NCBI GenBank assembly: GCA_950097015.1
Contig: CATNEN010000005.1
Location: forward strand, 3,844,001 to 3,908,000
DNA from: Macrostomum hystrix
Taxonomy: Eukaryota; Animalia; Platyhelminthes
DNA length: 64,000 nucleotides
Direction: 5' to 3'
The position numbers and the translations under genes are program-made. Positions 23,353 through 34,749 of this stretch are shown one piece after another; positions within the stretch are counted from its first letter, which is position 1, and each line of letters starts with the position of its first letter. The notes beneath the pieces were generated by a model, which searched no databases, was not told the origin of the DNA, and worked only from the letters and a program-made list of their open reading frames with translations.

Positions 23353-26300
23353 CTAGTTCTTCCTGATGAACCGTATGGTTCCGCTTTGCAGGTTTTTCTG
23401 CTGACCTAGTAGGAAGTCCAATTCATATGCCTCCGGACGGCCTGGGAATTGAACTGCCACCCTGCAGCTCCCTGCTCCCTGGATGTAGGCTTGGTACGCC
23501 TGTTGAATGCGCGGCTGGGCCAGGCTCTCAAACGGCTGCCAGATGCCACTCTCAGAACGGAACTCCCAGGTGTTCGTCACACTGTCTACGTGAACTTGTT
23601 GGCGCTGAATTGGGCGAATATAGCCAGTTTTAGAGTTCTTCTGTGTGTTTACAGCATAGCTGATGATGTACTGCTGTGGAATGTCATCAATGTAGCGTAT
23701 TATCGCAGGAGTAGTAATCTCAGAAGGTCCGCCCCTCGTCTTGTGCGCATCGTAGTGTGTTTCTAGAAGACGATTAATATCGTCATTGTAGGGCTCAAAG
23801 CTGCCATTGTCCTTCAACCAATGCCATCTGAATGGCGAAGTCCATTTGTCGTTGTCGCTTCTATCAGAGCTTACGCAGGAGGGTTTAATAAAGTCGATTC
23901 GCGGAGTTGTAGAATCAAAGTAGACAACCAAAACTGGGAGATTAAACGCCTTTGAGCCATCAGTTGGGTTGTTCACAACGTAGCAAAACCCGGGCTGATG
24001 ACTGATAGGGCCTCCTTGCAGCAAGAAGGCAACAATCATCGCGCCGCAGTTTCGTGTGTAGCCTCTTGAAATGCTTGGAGACACACCAAAGTATTCTCCT
24101 GGACCACAAGCTTGACCCGATCGTCTTTTCGGATCGAATCCATAGTGAGAGATTTGCTTGAGTGCCTCGGCAGAACTTCCATGGTAGGCGAAAAATCCAT
24201 CAGATTCGCTCAAAGCGCCACGACCCAGTGAAAGCAAACCGCAAACAAAAGCTTTGAACGCGGGGCACTGAGGGTCGCTAAGCAGTCCGGGATTCGGGTC
24301 GATCGCGCGGATTTGTGGCATATCTGCGGGCCAGTTCTTCCGGACGAATACTTCGGCTGCTTTGATCAGTTGCGAATTCCTTCCTACCATTGTGCTTGCT
24401 GACTTAAACTGCGCGCAGTCTCTGTCCTTATGAAGGATGTCGTCGACTGTTTTGCAATCGGCACAGACCCAGTGCTGACAGCTGGAGCATTGTTCGTATG
24501 CGTTTTTCTTTACAAAGCCGTCGCAGCCTCTCACGATACAGCAAGCGATATCCATTGACTTATCTTGAGCAACGTGCTGAGCAACAATCTGTTTGACGAG
24601 GGCTTCAAAGTCCAGTGCTAGCCTCTTTATTTCATTAATGGAGATCTCCGTCTGGCACTTCGGGCAGCAGATTGGGGTCGCCGTGGCACTTTGAAGCCAG
24701 CTTTTGACGCATCTGCAGAACGAGTGACCGCATACAAAGAAACTCTCTGTAGCTGTTTCAGAATTGCAGAGGACGCAAGTCTTTGTTCCGAATTTCTTTT
24801 TGCCACCAAGCTTGCTAATTAGATCAGTCAGTTCCTTGACACAAGGTGAAATAACTTGTGCATCGTTTCGAGCGTAAATTTCTATCTCTGAGCTATGGAA
24901 TAGAAACTTGATGAAACACTTGTCATCCCACTTCTTCTGCAGATCCTTCATCATCGAGTCTCCAGCAAGTCCTCTTCGAAACAACTGAGCTGTGGCAGCG
25001 TCCAGGGGAATGAGGCGATATCGACTCTCGATTTTAGCGAACTCGTCAGCAATGTTCCGCATGAGGGTGCCTTGGCTTACTTTTGGTCCGAAAACTCGGA
25101 AGCTCCGATCGTCTTTAAATTCACACGCGAGCTTCAGCTCGTTCATCCAGCGATCGAAGAGGCCAGAATTCTTGATTTCGAAAAACAGTGTCCTCTCTTT
25201 GCTAGAGAAGTAGCGAATCGTGGTCGGTAAGAACAGTCCTCGAAGCTTGTTAGCCACAAGATTAGTTTTGTCATGATCAGGACCAAACAGTCTGATCTCC
25301 AGCGTACCATCGGGTTTCTTGCTTTCAGCGTGTGTGACAGTGGCATCGCATGAGCGTACAATGAGGTCCTCAAGATCAGGAAACAGATTGCTGTGAGACA
25401 CATAAACTGAAGCGCACCATTCGGCTAAGAAGTTTGGAATCGATCCCTCGCGAGCCTTGTTGAAGAAGCTGATCGCACTTTTCGAGTCGCGAAACTTTAT
25501 GTCAAACTTCTCCTGCGTTACCTTTTCCTCATAGCACTTTACTTCTGGCGAAACGGTTTTAGTGAAGGGCCTTCCGTCACTCTTTCTTTGCAGCTGAATT
25601 TGAAACGGCTCAATTGACTGAACAACCTTCGACAAACTGGCCAGTGAGTCGCCTTGATCCGCACCGCCAACTCTAACAAGCGCACTGGATGACCCTATGC
25701 TGGCTTGCTTTGGTGGGTAAAAATGTATCATTGTACTCGCTTGTCCGAACTCAGCAAGGCTTATTAACTCTTTCACATTGGCCTCTGTCCAATGGGCAGG
25801 CAAGTTTAATATTTTAAAGCTTTTGCTTTCGCGACCGCGTCGGTTTTTGTTGACATGGCGAATTTTGTCGATTGATTCACTTATTGTGCGGATTTGCGAT
25901 TCATCAGTGCCAAAGGGTGCGGTCAAGAGAAGCTGCGTTAGGCCATTGCTAGTACCGATGCATTCTCCATCATCGCTTTCATGCTGATGTGGTCGCAAAG
26001 AGATATTTTCAGAACGTGTTGACTTAACGAAAATAAATTTTTCCACTCGAAGGCCACCAGAGAGTGTGACCTTGTAAATTTCCTTAATTGCAACTTCAGT
26101 CTCTTCTTTCAATAAGCGACGCCTCCTGTCGATTAATAAAGACTTTAAAACAGTTTGAAGCTTCTGCTTGTCCGTGCTTTTACCGAAGACGTGCAAGCTT
26201 GCTTCGTCGGCATTGTGCGACAGAACAATCCACTTTCTCTGTTCTTCTGTGAGTTGCGACTTGTTGCTAAAAATCTCATCTTTGAGAAGTCTGAAAAAAT

Positions 26301-29300
26301 TAGCGCTTACGTTTTGCTCAGTGAAGAGCGTTTGCAGTGGGTGCGATTGTCTATCAGAAATAGTCTTTGGATCTCTCACTGGGTGCAGACAGTCCACCAT
26401 GTACATCCCAGACACAGCTTGAATCACTCGCATAGCAATAAAGTACTGGCAGTCTTGCGCGCGCTGCGCAAAAACTGATGTGTTTGAAATTCGCGCTCGA
26501 ACGTCGGAGGTGAGGATTTTCACACCCTCTGAAGGTAGGTGCCGTACCAGCAGGCATGACACCTGCTCAGGCAGTACTTGCTCAAGGCAGCTGCTCACGA
26601 CGAAAACTGCGTCCTCGCAGTTACTCTCGACCTGGCACTCGGAGAACCACCTGCTGTTCTTAATAGTTTTCAGGATAGAGTTTCGTGACTTGTCAATGTG
26701 CTCTATGACCTTGTTGTTAAGTTTGTTTGCGTTGCTGTGTCCAACACGGCACGACCTACAGCTGTCCTGGAACTTTCTAGCTGCCTTGCCACAGTCAGCG
26801 CACCTGCCACCAACGAGTTTTCCGGAAGAGGCCCAGGAATCGAAAACGCTGACCTCGTACAGAATGTCGCTTTCGTAACCAAAAACCTCCAAGGCTCTCT
26901 TCTGCAGAGCCGCACTTTTCTCTTTGTCGCGTCCGAGGAAGAAGAGACTGCCAGGAGCTGTGAGAATGCAAGCAATCGTAGTCGCCAGACCCAGCTGATC
27001 GAAGCGCTGATGCGCTCTGGCTACGAAAGCGCTAAGACGAGGATCGAGTCCGAGCTCAGCGAATAGCTCGCCAACCTGAGACAGACGCCCTGAATTCTCT
27101 CTAGTCAGACAGTCAAGATCCACCAAAGTCTGGTACGAGTAGACAAGCATATCTTCGCTTGGTTTATCGAGAAATGGAAAGTCAAGTGGCCTTAGCTTCA
27201 GCTTGACGAGCTGCAAAATAACCAGATCAAGTGATGAACGCAGGATTTCAGGAATAAACTGCGCATTTCTCACTGTCTCCTCAGCGTACAACCGCACGCA
27301 GTGCCCAGGAGCAGTTCTGCCAGCGCGACCCTTTCTCTGATCCGCAGCGGATTGTGAAATCTGCTTCAGCTCAAGCACTGTGATGCGCCTCTTTGCGTCG
27401 AACCTGGACTCCTTGGCCAGTCCGGAGTCGACCACCAACCTCACTCCGTTGATGGTCAGCGATGTCTCAGCTACGTTGGTGCAAAACGCAATCAGGCGAT
27501 CTGAATCTTGACTGGGCTTGAAGTCGAGAACCTTCATCTGCTGATCTCTTGGCAGTGATCCATAGAGAGGCAGCGCGACCCAGTTGTCTTCCGTTCGCTG
27601 CTGCTCGAAGGCCTTGATTGCCTCCTGGATTTCCTTCTCACCTGGAAGAAACACGAGAGCGTAGCCTTCAGTGTGAGTCGTCAGCACTCTAACCAGATTT
27701 GGCACCAGATGGCTAATAATGAACTTGTCTGGGTTCCCTTCTGCAGTAGGAGGAATATATTCCAGTGAGACGATATGCATTCTACCTGGAATCTCAAGTA
27801 CATCGCAGTTGAAAAAGTCTCTGAATTGCTTTGGATCGATTGTGGCTGATGCGATGACTACGTAAAAGTTGTCAGGCCTCTTATTGCGAATGAGCTTGGC
27901 AAGGCCTAGGACAATGTCAACGTTGAGCGATCGTTCGTGGGCTTCATCAATGATTAGAACGGATACATTGTTCAAAGAATCGTTGTCCTGGCAATATCGA
28001 ATCAGACAGGCTTCCGTCATGAACATAATGTCTGTGCCCAGTGTACTATTGTCGCCACCCACCTTGAAGCCGACGGACTCGCCCACATCGCATCCGTCGA
28101 ACTCGTCGGCCACTCGCTGAGCGATGGAGATTGCAGCCATCACTCGCGGCTGTGTGCAGATAACGAGGCCTCCGAAGTACTCCGCCGCGTACTGTGGCAG
28201 CTGGGTGGTCTTGCCGCTGCCCGTCTCCGCTCTGACGATCAGAACTTTCTCCTTCTGGAGTCGTTGAAGGAATTCGTCCCGACAACTCAGCACTGGCAGT
28301 TGGTTGGCCTCTCTATCGATTCTTCTCTGGTGCTCCGATTTGAGCGATGAGCTTCTCAGTGGCTTGAAGGCGTGCTGAACCTTGCTCATCTCCGGATGAA
28401 GGCGGCTGCACTCCCTGTCTGAGCAGTCGCTTCCCTGAGGACAGGGCACGGGTCGTCTTGGAGAGTGAGTACAAGAGCAGCTAACATCGCGGCATCCAAG
28501 ACCGTCTGGACATGGATTCCAGGCCTCAGCGTGCAGTCCTTCGCAGTTTTGATTCCAGCATCGCTCTCGAAACTTGCAAGGCTTGACTCTTCCGGGCGGA
28601 TGCAGCTCAGAGCAATCGATCTGATCACACTTCTCACCCAACTTGCAAACAGCTCTATTTTTAGGATGAAGCCAAGGACAGAATGCAAGCTTGCATTTTG
28701 AACCCGACCGGCACTTCTTTAATCTTCCATGGTCGTGGAGCTTCTTGCAATCAAAGTCGGAGCAAGTCTTCTTGTTTTCGCAGACCTGTCTACTGATGGG
28801 GTGAAGCAGCTCACAATGGACATCCGAGCACTTGGCCTCCTGCCCACATAGCTTCTTCCGTGATGCGGAATGCAGCTTTGTGCAGTCGAATTCTTCGCAC
28901 ATGTCTCCGACATCACAGATGTTTCGGCTGACTGGGTGTAAGAAGCGGCATTCGACATTGAAGCACTTGTCTCCGAATCGGCAAGGCCTACTCCGACCAA
29001 TCGGGTGGCTCTTCTGGCACTGCAAGTCATCACAGTCCACCGAGCATTCGTTGGGATCTGAGAAGGCGCTTCCCCAGCCAAGTGGGTGTCCGAAATAGCA
29101 AGTAAAATCTTCACATTCTTCACCTTCGGAGCAACCGATGTGCTTGAATTGACACTGTGAATCGTATTTGCATATACCTGATCGATAGAAGATGCACAGA
29201 CGCATTTCTCCTTCCGCCTGCGCTTCTTTTTCTGTCTTCACGCCTGGCGAGTGTCCTAGACAACACTCATCGTCATCGCAATCTTTGTCCGAAGGGCAGG

Positions 29301-30381
29301 CAAAATGAATGCGACCGCAGGAATCACATAAAAAGCAATTTCCTGTGATATTTTGTCTGCATAATGTCCACTTAGTCTCAGGCACGGAGCTTATGGCATT
29401 AGCCCCAAGTCTCTCACTTTGTCTCAAAAGTGTGCTCTCGCCGGCGTCGCCGGTGAGTGTATTGATCGAGCATGGCTTTGCAGACCTCTTCAGCTTACAA
29501 TTAACAACAAACTCGGTGTCTTTAATTTTGTAGCCTTTCCATTGGGATATAAATCTTTGTGCATCACTTTCTGTTTGTCCGTTTAAGAAGGCGCACCAGG
29601 CAGCTCTGTTTCGCTGCTTGGATTCAGGCAGCACAATAAACCTTTCTGCCGGTTTTCCGAATGTCGCTTCTAGGAAGTCAACAGAAACTTTTGGCGGTAG
29701 CCCTGAAATTTCGACGGTACAGCTCAAGGTCTCGTTTAGCTGCTGGGCAATTTCAGCTTCTTGAGATTCCACAGTTTGTTTCCAAACCAGTTGACATTTT
29801 ATTTTGGTTTGTGTTCCCGGTATGAGTTGATTGTTCCACTTTTTCTGAAACTGACTGGCCTCATCCATAGTGAGATTATTCAGATAAGCACACCATGAAT
29901 TTTTATCGCGCTGTTTGTCCTCAGTAGGTACAAAAAATTCGCCAGTGTTTTGTCTTAGCAATGAGGCAAGGTCGTCTGCACGCGATTTCGGCGGCAGACC
30001 AAGTATTTGTACATTTGCTTTCTCCGGCTTTTGGAAAGGGGTCTTCGGATTCAAATTTTGATGTTTTGCAGAAGCGTCGCGACTTCTGTTTACCTGACAT
30101 TCTACTTTGTTGGATGTTCCGGGAAGTGTCATTTTGTTCCACTTTCTCTGAAATTCGTCCGCCTCCTCTTCAGTGAGTTCGTTGAGGAAGGCGCACCAGG
30201 CATTTTTATTCCGCTGTTTGGTCGCATCGAGAACCACAAACCTACCGGCTCGTTGGTTAAAGCTTGCGCGAAGCTTTTCAGGTGTCACACCAGGTGGCAG
30301 TCCTGTGATCTGAACGCTGCACAGCCTGACCTGCTGAGCACCGGACGCAGAGCGCATGAGTGGAGGCGGCAGTGACGCCAT
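23353..30381 (-). CDS. 2342-aa intronless multidomain protein (copy 1): 3x RRM-like, 14x CCCH ZnF, DEAH RNA helicase + HA2/OB-like, RRM/KH-like, RING-IBR, PARP-like ART, 2x WWE
   Basis: Uninterrupted 7029-nt ORF. Motifs: V.I.GLPP repeats; C-x5-C-x4-C-x3-H array; AETGSGKT, TQPR, DEAHER, SAT, TNVAETSLT, QRKGRAGR; CVLC..CGHSFC..CPKC; YHGS..GEYFG..SRGY; WHWLKDNGSFEPY and WEFRSESGIWQPF. Confidence 0.93.
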   Translation of the reverse strand: MASLPPPLMRSASGAQQVRLCSVQITGLPPGVTPEKLRASFNQRAGRFVVLDATKQRNKNAWCAFLNELTEEEADEFQRKWNKMTLPGTSNKVECQVNRSRDASAKHQNLNPKTPFQKPEKANVQILGLPPKSRADDLASLLRQNTGEFFVPTEDKQRDKNSWCAYLNNLTMDEASQFQKKWNNQLIPGTQTKIKCQLVWKQTVESQEAEIAQQLNETLSCTVEISGLPPKVSVDFLEATFGKPAERFIVLPESKQRNRAAWCAFLNGQTESDAQRFISQWKGYKIKDTEFVVNCKLKRSAKPCSINTLTGDAGESTLLRQSERLGANAISSVPETKWTLCRQNITGNCFLCDSCGRIHFACPSDKDCDDDECCLGHSPGVKTEKEAQAEGEMRLCIFYRSGICKYDSQCQFKHIGCSEGEECEDFTCYFGHPLGWGSAFSDPNECSVDCDDLQCQKSHPIGRSRPCRFGDKCFNVECRFLHPVSRNICDVGDMCEEFDCTKLHSASRKKLCGQEAKCSDVHCELLHPISRQVCENKKTCSDFDCKKLHDHGRLKKCRSGSKCKLAFCPWLHPKNRAVCKLGEKCDQIDCSELHPPGRVKPCKFRERCWNQNCEGLHAEAWNPCPDGLGCRDVSCSCTHSPRRPVPCPQGSDCSDRECSRLHPEMSKVQHAFKPLRSSSLKSEHQRRIDREANQLPVLSCRDEFLQRLQKEKVLIVRAETGSGKTTQLPQYAAEYFGGLVICTQPRVMAAISIAQRVADEFDGCDVGESVGFKVGGDNSTLGTDIMFMTEACLIRYCQDNDSLNNVSVLIIDEAHERSLNVDIVLGLAKLIRNKRPDNFYVVIASATIDPKQFRDFFNCDVLEIPGRMHIVSLEYIPPTAEGNPDKFIISHLVPNLVRVLTTHTEGYALVFLPGEKEIQEAIKAFEQQRTEDNWVALPLYGSLPRDQQMKVLDFKPSQDSDRLIAFCTNVAETSLTINGVRLVVDSGLAKESRFDAKRRITVLELKQISQSAADQRKGRAGRTAPGHCVRLYAEETVRNAQFIPEILRSSLDLVILQLVKLKLRPLDFPFLDKPSEDMLVYSYQTLVDLDCLTRENSGRLSQVGELFAELGLDPRLSAFVARAHQRFDQLGLATTIACILTAPGSLFFLGRDKEKSAALQKRALEVFGYESDILYEVSVFDSWASSGKLVGGRCADCGKAARKFQDSCRSCRVGHSNANKLNNKVIEHIDKSRNSILKTIKNSRWFSECQVESNCEDAVFVVSSCLEQVLPEQVSCLLVRHLPSEGVKILTSDVRARISNTSVFAQRAQDCQYFIAMRVIQAVSGMYMVDCLHPVRDPKTISDRQSHPLQTLFTEQNVSANFFRLLKDEIFSNKSQLTEEQRKWIVLSHNADEASLHVFGKSTDKQKLQTVLKSLLIDRRRRLLKEETEVAIKEIYKVTLSGGLRVEKFIFVKSTRSENISLRPHQHESDDGECIGTSNGLTQLLLTAPFGTDESQIRTISESIDKIRHVNKNRRGRESKSFKILNLPAHWTEANVKELISLAEFGQASTMIHFYPPKQASIGSSSALVRVGGADQGDSLASLSKVVQSIEPFQIQLQRKSDGRPFTKTVSPEVKCYEEKVTQEKFDIKFRDSKSAISFFNKAREGSIPNFLAEWCASVYVSHSNLFPDLEDLIVRSCDATVTHAESKKPDGTLEIRLFGPDHDKTNLVANKLRGLFLPTTIRYFSSKERTLFFEIKNSGLFDRWMNELKLACEFKDDRSFRVFGPKVSQGTLMRNIADEFAKIESRYRLIPLDAATAQLFRRGLAGDSMMKDLQKKWDDKCFIKFLFHSSEIEIYARNDAQVISPCVKELTDLISKLGGKKKFGTKTCVLCNSETATESFFVCGHSFCRCVKSWLQSATATPICCPKCQTEISINEIKRLALDFEALVKQIVAQHVAQDKSMDIACCIVRGCDGFVKKNAYEQCSSCQHWVCADCKTVDDILHKDRDCAQFKSASTMVGRNSQLIKAAEVFVRKNWPADMPQIRAIDPNPGLLSDPQCPAFKAFVCGLLSLGRGALSESDGFFAYHGSSAEALKQISHYGFDPKRRSGQACGPGEYFGVSPSISRGYTRNCGAMIVAFLLQGGPISHQPGFCYVVNNPTDGSKAFNLPVLVVYFDSTTPRIDFIKPSCVSSDRSDNDKWTSPFRWHWLKDNGSFEPYNDDINRLLETHYDAHKTRGGPSEITTPAIIRYIDDIPQQYIISYAVNTQKNSKTGYIRPIQRQQVHVDSVTNTWEFRSESGIWQPFESLAQPRIQQAYQAYIQGAGSCRVAVQFPGRPEAYELDFLLGQQKNLQSGTIRFIRKN

Positions 30382-31350
30382 CTGCGAAAAGTTGCAGTTT
30401 TAGAAAAATGTTGATATTTTCAATGCTATTATTAAAATCCCTGCCTTTTAGCAAACACATTTGCCTATACTCGTACTAATCGTTAATTGTTACTACAAGT
30501 AGTACGCTCGTATTCCAAGATTTTATAAGCGCGAAGGGAAGGGCTAATTTACGCAAGTAGCTTAGTACAAATGAACCCAATATTTGCTAAAGCTCTAGAT
30601 GCGTAACACAAGATAGAAATTGTACTTCCAAGTACTAAACAAGTGTTGTTTAGTTGTCCTTAGTGAAAGACACCAAAACTATTCCTTGGTCTTGCAGATT
30701 CAAGCTGTCGAGATCTCGGGCAGAGTTATACAAAGCTAAAGTCAAATTTTAGGTGCTGCACAAAACTCTAGCCATCGATAATCTCGAGAAAGGGGTGTGG
30801 ATGACTGCTTCTCAAGACAGCACGATCAATTAAATATCCTAAATATGACTCACCGATCTTTCATCAGCCGTGAGACAAAAAATTTTCACTTGCTACGAGC
30901 ATATGTTAGATAAAAAATAAACGGCTTTTTGAGATTAATACTGCTATAGAGGTGTCTTTAGAAACCAGACGATATATTCGCTATGACTGTAGAGCAGAAT
31001 ATTATTTGTAGCTTAATGACTCTTTCTGATCTAATAAGACTGACTGGATGTGCGTATGAACTTGAACAATAGCACAGCTAGACGAGGCAGAGTAGTTTGG
31101 GCAACAAAATTACAGACGAGAAAGTTCTCTTTTCCTGGAAATCTAATGCTAACTTTCGCATTGAAATTCGTAGCAAGGCCACAATCATTTGACCACTAGG
31201 CTGCTTACATTCTGGGGCATTCAGAGAGTACATAGTCTATCTGGAAATCAATGGACATGGCTTTTGTACACAAATGTTAGAGTGTGTGCCTGCGTACTCA
31301 AAAGTCAGAATATTAGGAATGGGAAGTAAAATGCAGATTTCCCTCTCCTT

Positions 31351-31526
31351 CAGGGGCGTAGCCAGGATTTTTTTGGGGATATCGGTTTTGGTTCTATCCA
31401 GCGTATCCAGAATAAAAAACAGTTCTATTTTTTACGAGTAATTCATTTCTTTCGAAGAAACTGAATGCGAAAACATTTGAGACATCAAATCGGCCGATAC
31501 ACAGATACCCCCTCGCTACGCCACTG
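31351..31526. mobile_element. hAT-type MITE
   Basis: TIRs CAGGGGCGTAGC / GCTACGCCACTG, with a perfect 8-bp TSD CTCTCCTT (31343-31350 and 31527-31534). Confidence 0.85.
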
Positions 31527-31598
31527 CTCTCCTTGCTGGCTGCGGGTCGACTGTCCACAATCATGCATTAGAGCCTACAGCTTTTGATATTACTAAAC

Positions 31599-31869
31599 CA
31601 GGGGTCGGCAAACTCCGGCCCGCGGGCCAGATGCGGCCTTCGAAGCTCTTAAATCCGGCCCGTTGCCCCCTTCCAACACCAATAGTATCCTGTCTCATCT
31701 CTTCTGTCTCATCTCTCTATGAGAAATTGCGCACTGTTTTATCTCTCTTCTGTCTCTTCTCTCCCTGTGCTCATCTCTCCCCTGTCTCATATTTCTACAG
31801 TCAATGCGGCCCGCTGTCGCTTTTAGGTTCTCTCTTTGGCCAACTAGCTAATAACTTTGCCAACCCCTG
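31599..31869. mobile_element. hAT-type MITE (MER45/Tip100-like ends)
   Basis: TIRs CAGGGGTCGGCAAA / TTTGCCAACCCCTG, subterminal GGCCCGCGGGCC, and a perfect 8-bp TSD TACTAAAC (31591-31598 and 31870-31877). Confidence 0.88.
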
Positions 31870-31949
31870 TACTAAACTAATAAAAAGACTTAATTCGTTT
31901 GTAGACATATTATGTTTGTACTTCTGTGCAAGTATATGCCGTGAACTAA

Positions 31950-33050
31950 TGGTAAAGTCAGAGTTGAACGACGCCGCTGCGAACAGAACCGGCGAGGTCG
32001 GCTGCGTGGCGCCGCCCATCGAGCTGTTGCTACTGCGGGTCCTTCGGATCCTCTGCTTTGCTAGTGCATTTACCACCGCTCTGGGCGGCAAGTGTGGAAG
32101 CGCCGATTACACGGAGGTAAGTGCTGCAGTTCGAGTGCTGCAGCGTGGGCATCCTGTCTGGTAGTGCGACCCTGAAATTCAGCAGGCGAGGAAAGAGCTG
32201 GACAGGCTCCGTCTGAGCAGGCGACCAACCAGTGAGGTGGAGGAGGCACTGGTAGCTGTCTACCTGTAGCGACAGCAAGCTGAGCTGTGTATGACACCAT
32301 CAGCAATGTATCTGCCGTTGGGTCCGAAGCTAGATCTCGAGTGGCCTGGTCCACCATTAAGCTTTGACGGGGCGAAAGCGGCGCCTACAACTAAACTTGG
32401 CTTGGCTGCCGGAGTTATCCGGATAAACGTCGCAATGAGCTGCGTGAGTTCTCGCCGCCATTGTCAACGCGCCACCACCCCCACTGCCTTATAACCTGTG
32501 CCGGCCACTTTGATGATGGCGTCAGATTGTGTTGAACATTGGCAGACGCGGTCCCCGTCCCTCGGTGGTGTGGGTCTCCTACAGACACGCCACGTCGACG
32601 TGCCGGTCCGACAGCATCTTGCACAGTTCAGGCATCTTTGCAGCGACATCTTTTCTGAAACTCTGCGTTGAGTGCAGGTTGCTGGGGGGGCCTCACGCGT
32701 GCAGGCCGGGTCGGGTGCCCACCGTTGATGCTCGGCAGGCCGGTCCGGATGCTCGCTAGGCATTAAGGGTGGGCAGAGGCCGCCGGTTGCTCAGTGGGCG
32801 GCGAGTTTTCCGTGCTGTCTTGGGGCTTGGGGTACGCAGGGCCCGTTGTCGACCAGCATTTTGAGGGTCTTGTGGCCCTTCAAGGAGCACCTCGGAAAGG
32901 CGCAGGTCGTTACTCCGTTACTCGTTACAGTATTCGGGAATCTCGCGTCTCGCTTAAGCAGGCGCTACCGGCTCCCAGCGGCCAGCAATGAGAGAGCCAG
33001 GCCTCATCTCTCCGTAACTACTCCACCTCTGATGCACCTCTGAGGGACCA
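31950..33050 (-). mobile_element. Degraded non-LTR (LINE) relic, AP-endonuclease region
   Basis: Minus strand reads KMPELCKMLSDRHVDVACL*ETH (APE D.ACLQET motif with a stop), then GGGGAL and VVGAAFAP in shifted frames; many stops. Confidence 0.5.
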
Positions 33051-33981
33051 AGGGGAAAAGACCAGCGTTGTGAAAGGTTGAATCTGCTGGGGCTGCCACC
33101 AGCCACCTACGGGACAGCACAACCCACTGGCCCTGACGAAATGGGGCTTCCGCTCTCAAAGAGAATTTACATCCCCAAGGTTCATGGCTGAAAATAGGGA
33201 CTCTATGCGAGGTATCTCAGAATAGAACGGTTCAGCAAGGGCTTTTGTAAAGGGGATTCTTAAGGATGGAGCAAAGACCAAAGATGCGCGTAGAGGGCCC
33301 GACCCAAGGTCGAGTGTCCAGATGGAGACAACCTACGTTCTTCTCTAAGATTAGAATTTACTTCTAGTCACCAGGCCCCAACGATGCAAACACCGGTTAA
33401 GGATAGGCTTCCATGTAATCTAGTTACGTTGACGTCTAGTGAAGTTTTGTAACGTCAATCATACGTTGACCGACGCATGCGTGGGTGGTACATGCGCCAT
33501 AGCAATGGTCATAGGGGTCCCCTTTTGATCGCATGACAAGGATTTCCCGAAGAGCAATGAGCGTAAAAATCACTTTTGACCCGCGTGCTGAGCTTACTCG
33601 CTCTTCGCTATTCAAAATTGACGAAGTAAAGAAGTTTTGTTTTTCGAGATTTAGATTTTTTCAAAAAAGTTCCGGTTAGATTTTAAAACACACTGCGTTT
33701 AATTAACTTTTAACGGAAATTAAAAAATTTTAGTTAAAAAGGGTGAATTAAGGGTAAGAGAGAGTGTGAGTGCGAGCTACCCATATTTTCGCACAATTAA
33801 AGGCTAACCCTTTAATTAGAGTAGAAAAGTGCAAATACGAGGGACTCGCCGATCCGGCGGCGAGGCTCTAGCTGCAGGCTCGACTCGACCGCGGCGACGC
33901 GACTCTGGGTGAGAGTGGTGCGACGGACGAGCGGTGCGGCGACTTTGCCTAGAAATCGGTGACGACGAGAGCGCCGAAGGT

Positions 33982-34372
33982 TGTCAGGTTGTCTTACTGA
34001 ATATTGCTAGTAATGTGACCGATGAGAAGTAACAACGACCATCCAAAGTCAGACGACGGAAAGCCAATGGAGAGTCGAATACGGTACAGCAACAATGACA
34101 AAGGTCCGAATGGAACAGTAAATGTACGCAAACAGAAGGGTACGTCCGGGGTCCGAAGACAGGCACGAGATACGAGCAGCGCACCACTCGCTTAAATAGA
34201 GCCCAGAGTGACGCGCTCACGCCATAATCACGTGATCATTCCGGACTTGACCGAAATTTTGGACAGCCAGATCACGTGCCTCGCCAGCCGATCGGTGATT
34301 GGTTGGTAGGGGATGGGTGCGGGACTGGGAAAGGAAATTATTAATTAGGGGGTGAGGTGCAAGCGCCTGACA
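33982..34372 (-). mobile_element. LTR-like segment with TGTCAGG...CCTGACA termini
   Basis: 7-bp perfect inverted termini, TG..CA ends and an internal TATTTAA on the minus strand; no TSD or PBS found. Confidence 0.35.
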
Positions 34373-34749
34373 GATGGATAAGTCGCAAATCACACAAAAA
34401 GGAGGGAGAGGCGCATTTTAAAAGCAAAACAGAAAAAAAATTATGACCGGAAAGACAGATCAAGGTCACGCAAGGTGAGTCATCGGGGAAGGTAAGAGAA
34501 GGGGCGTGGGAAGGGCCTTGAAGTATTCTAAAAAATTATTAACCCCTAAATTCGCCCTTACATCAACAGTTTTTTCTTGCTTACGTTTCTTAATAACAAT
34601 GACTAGGAATAGTGTCAGCTTCTTATTTACCAAAAGTGAGTAATGCATTCAATCCGATTTAGAAAATCAAACTTGAAAATTAGAATTTCGTTCATTTTGA
34701 ACTATACTGTTCTTTCAGCATAAAGAAATGCTCATAAATTTATACCTAT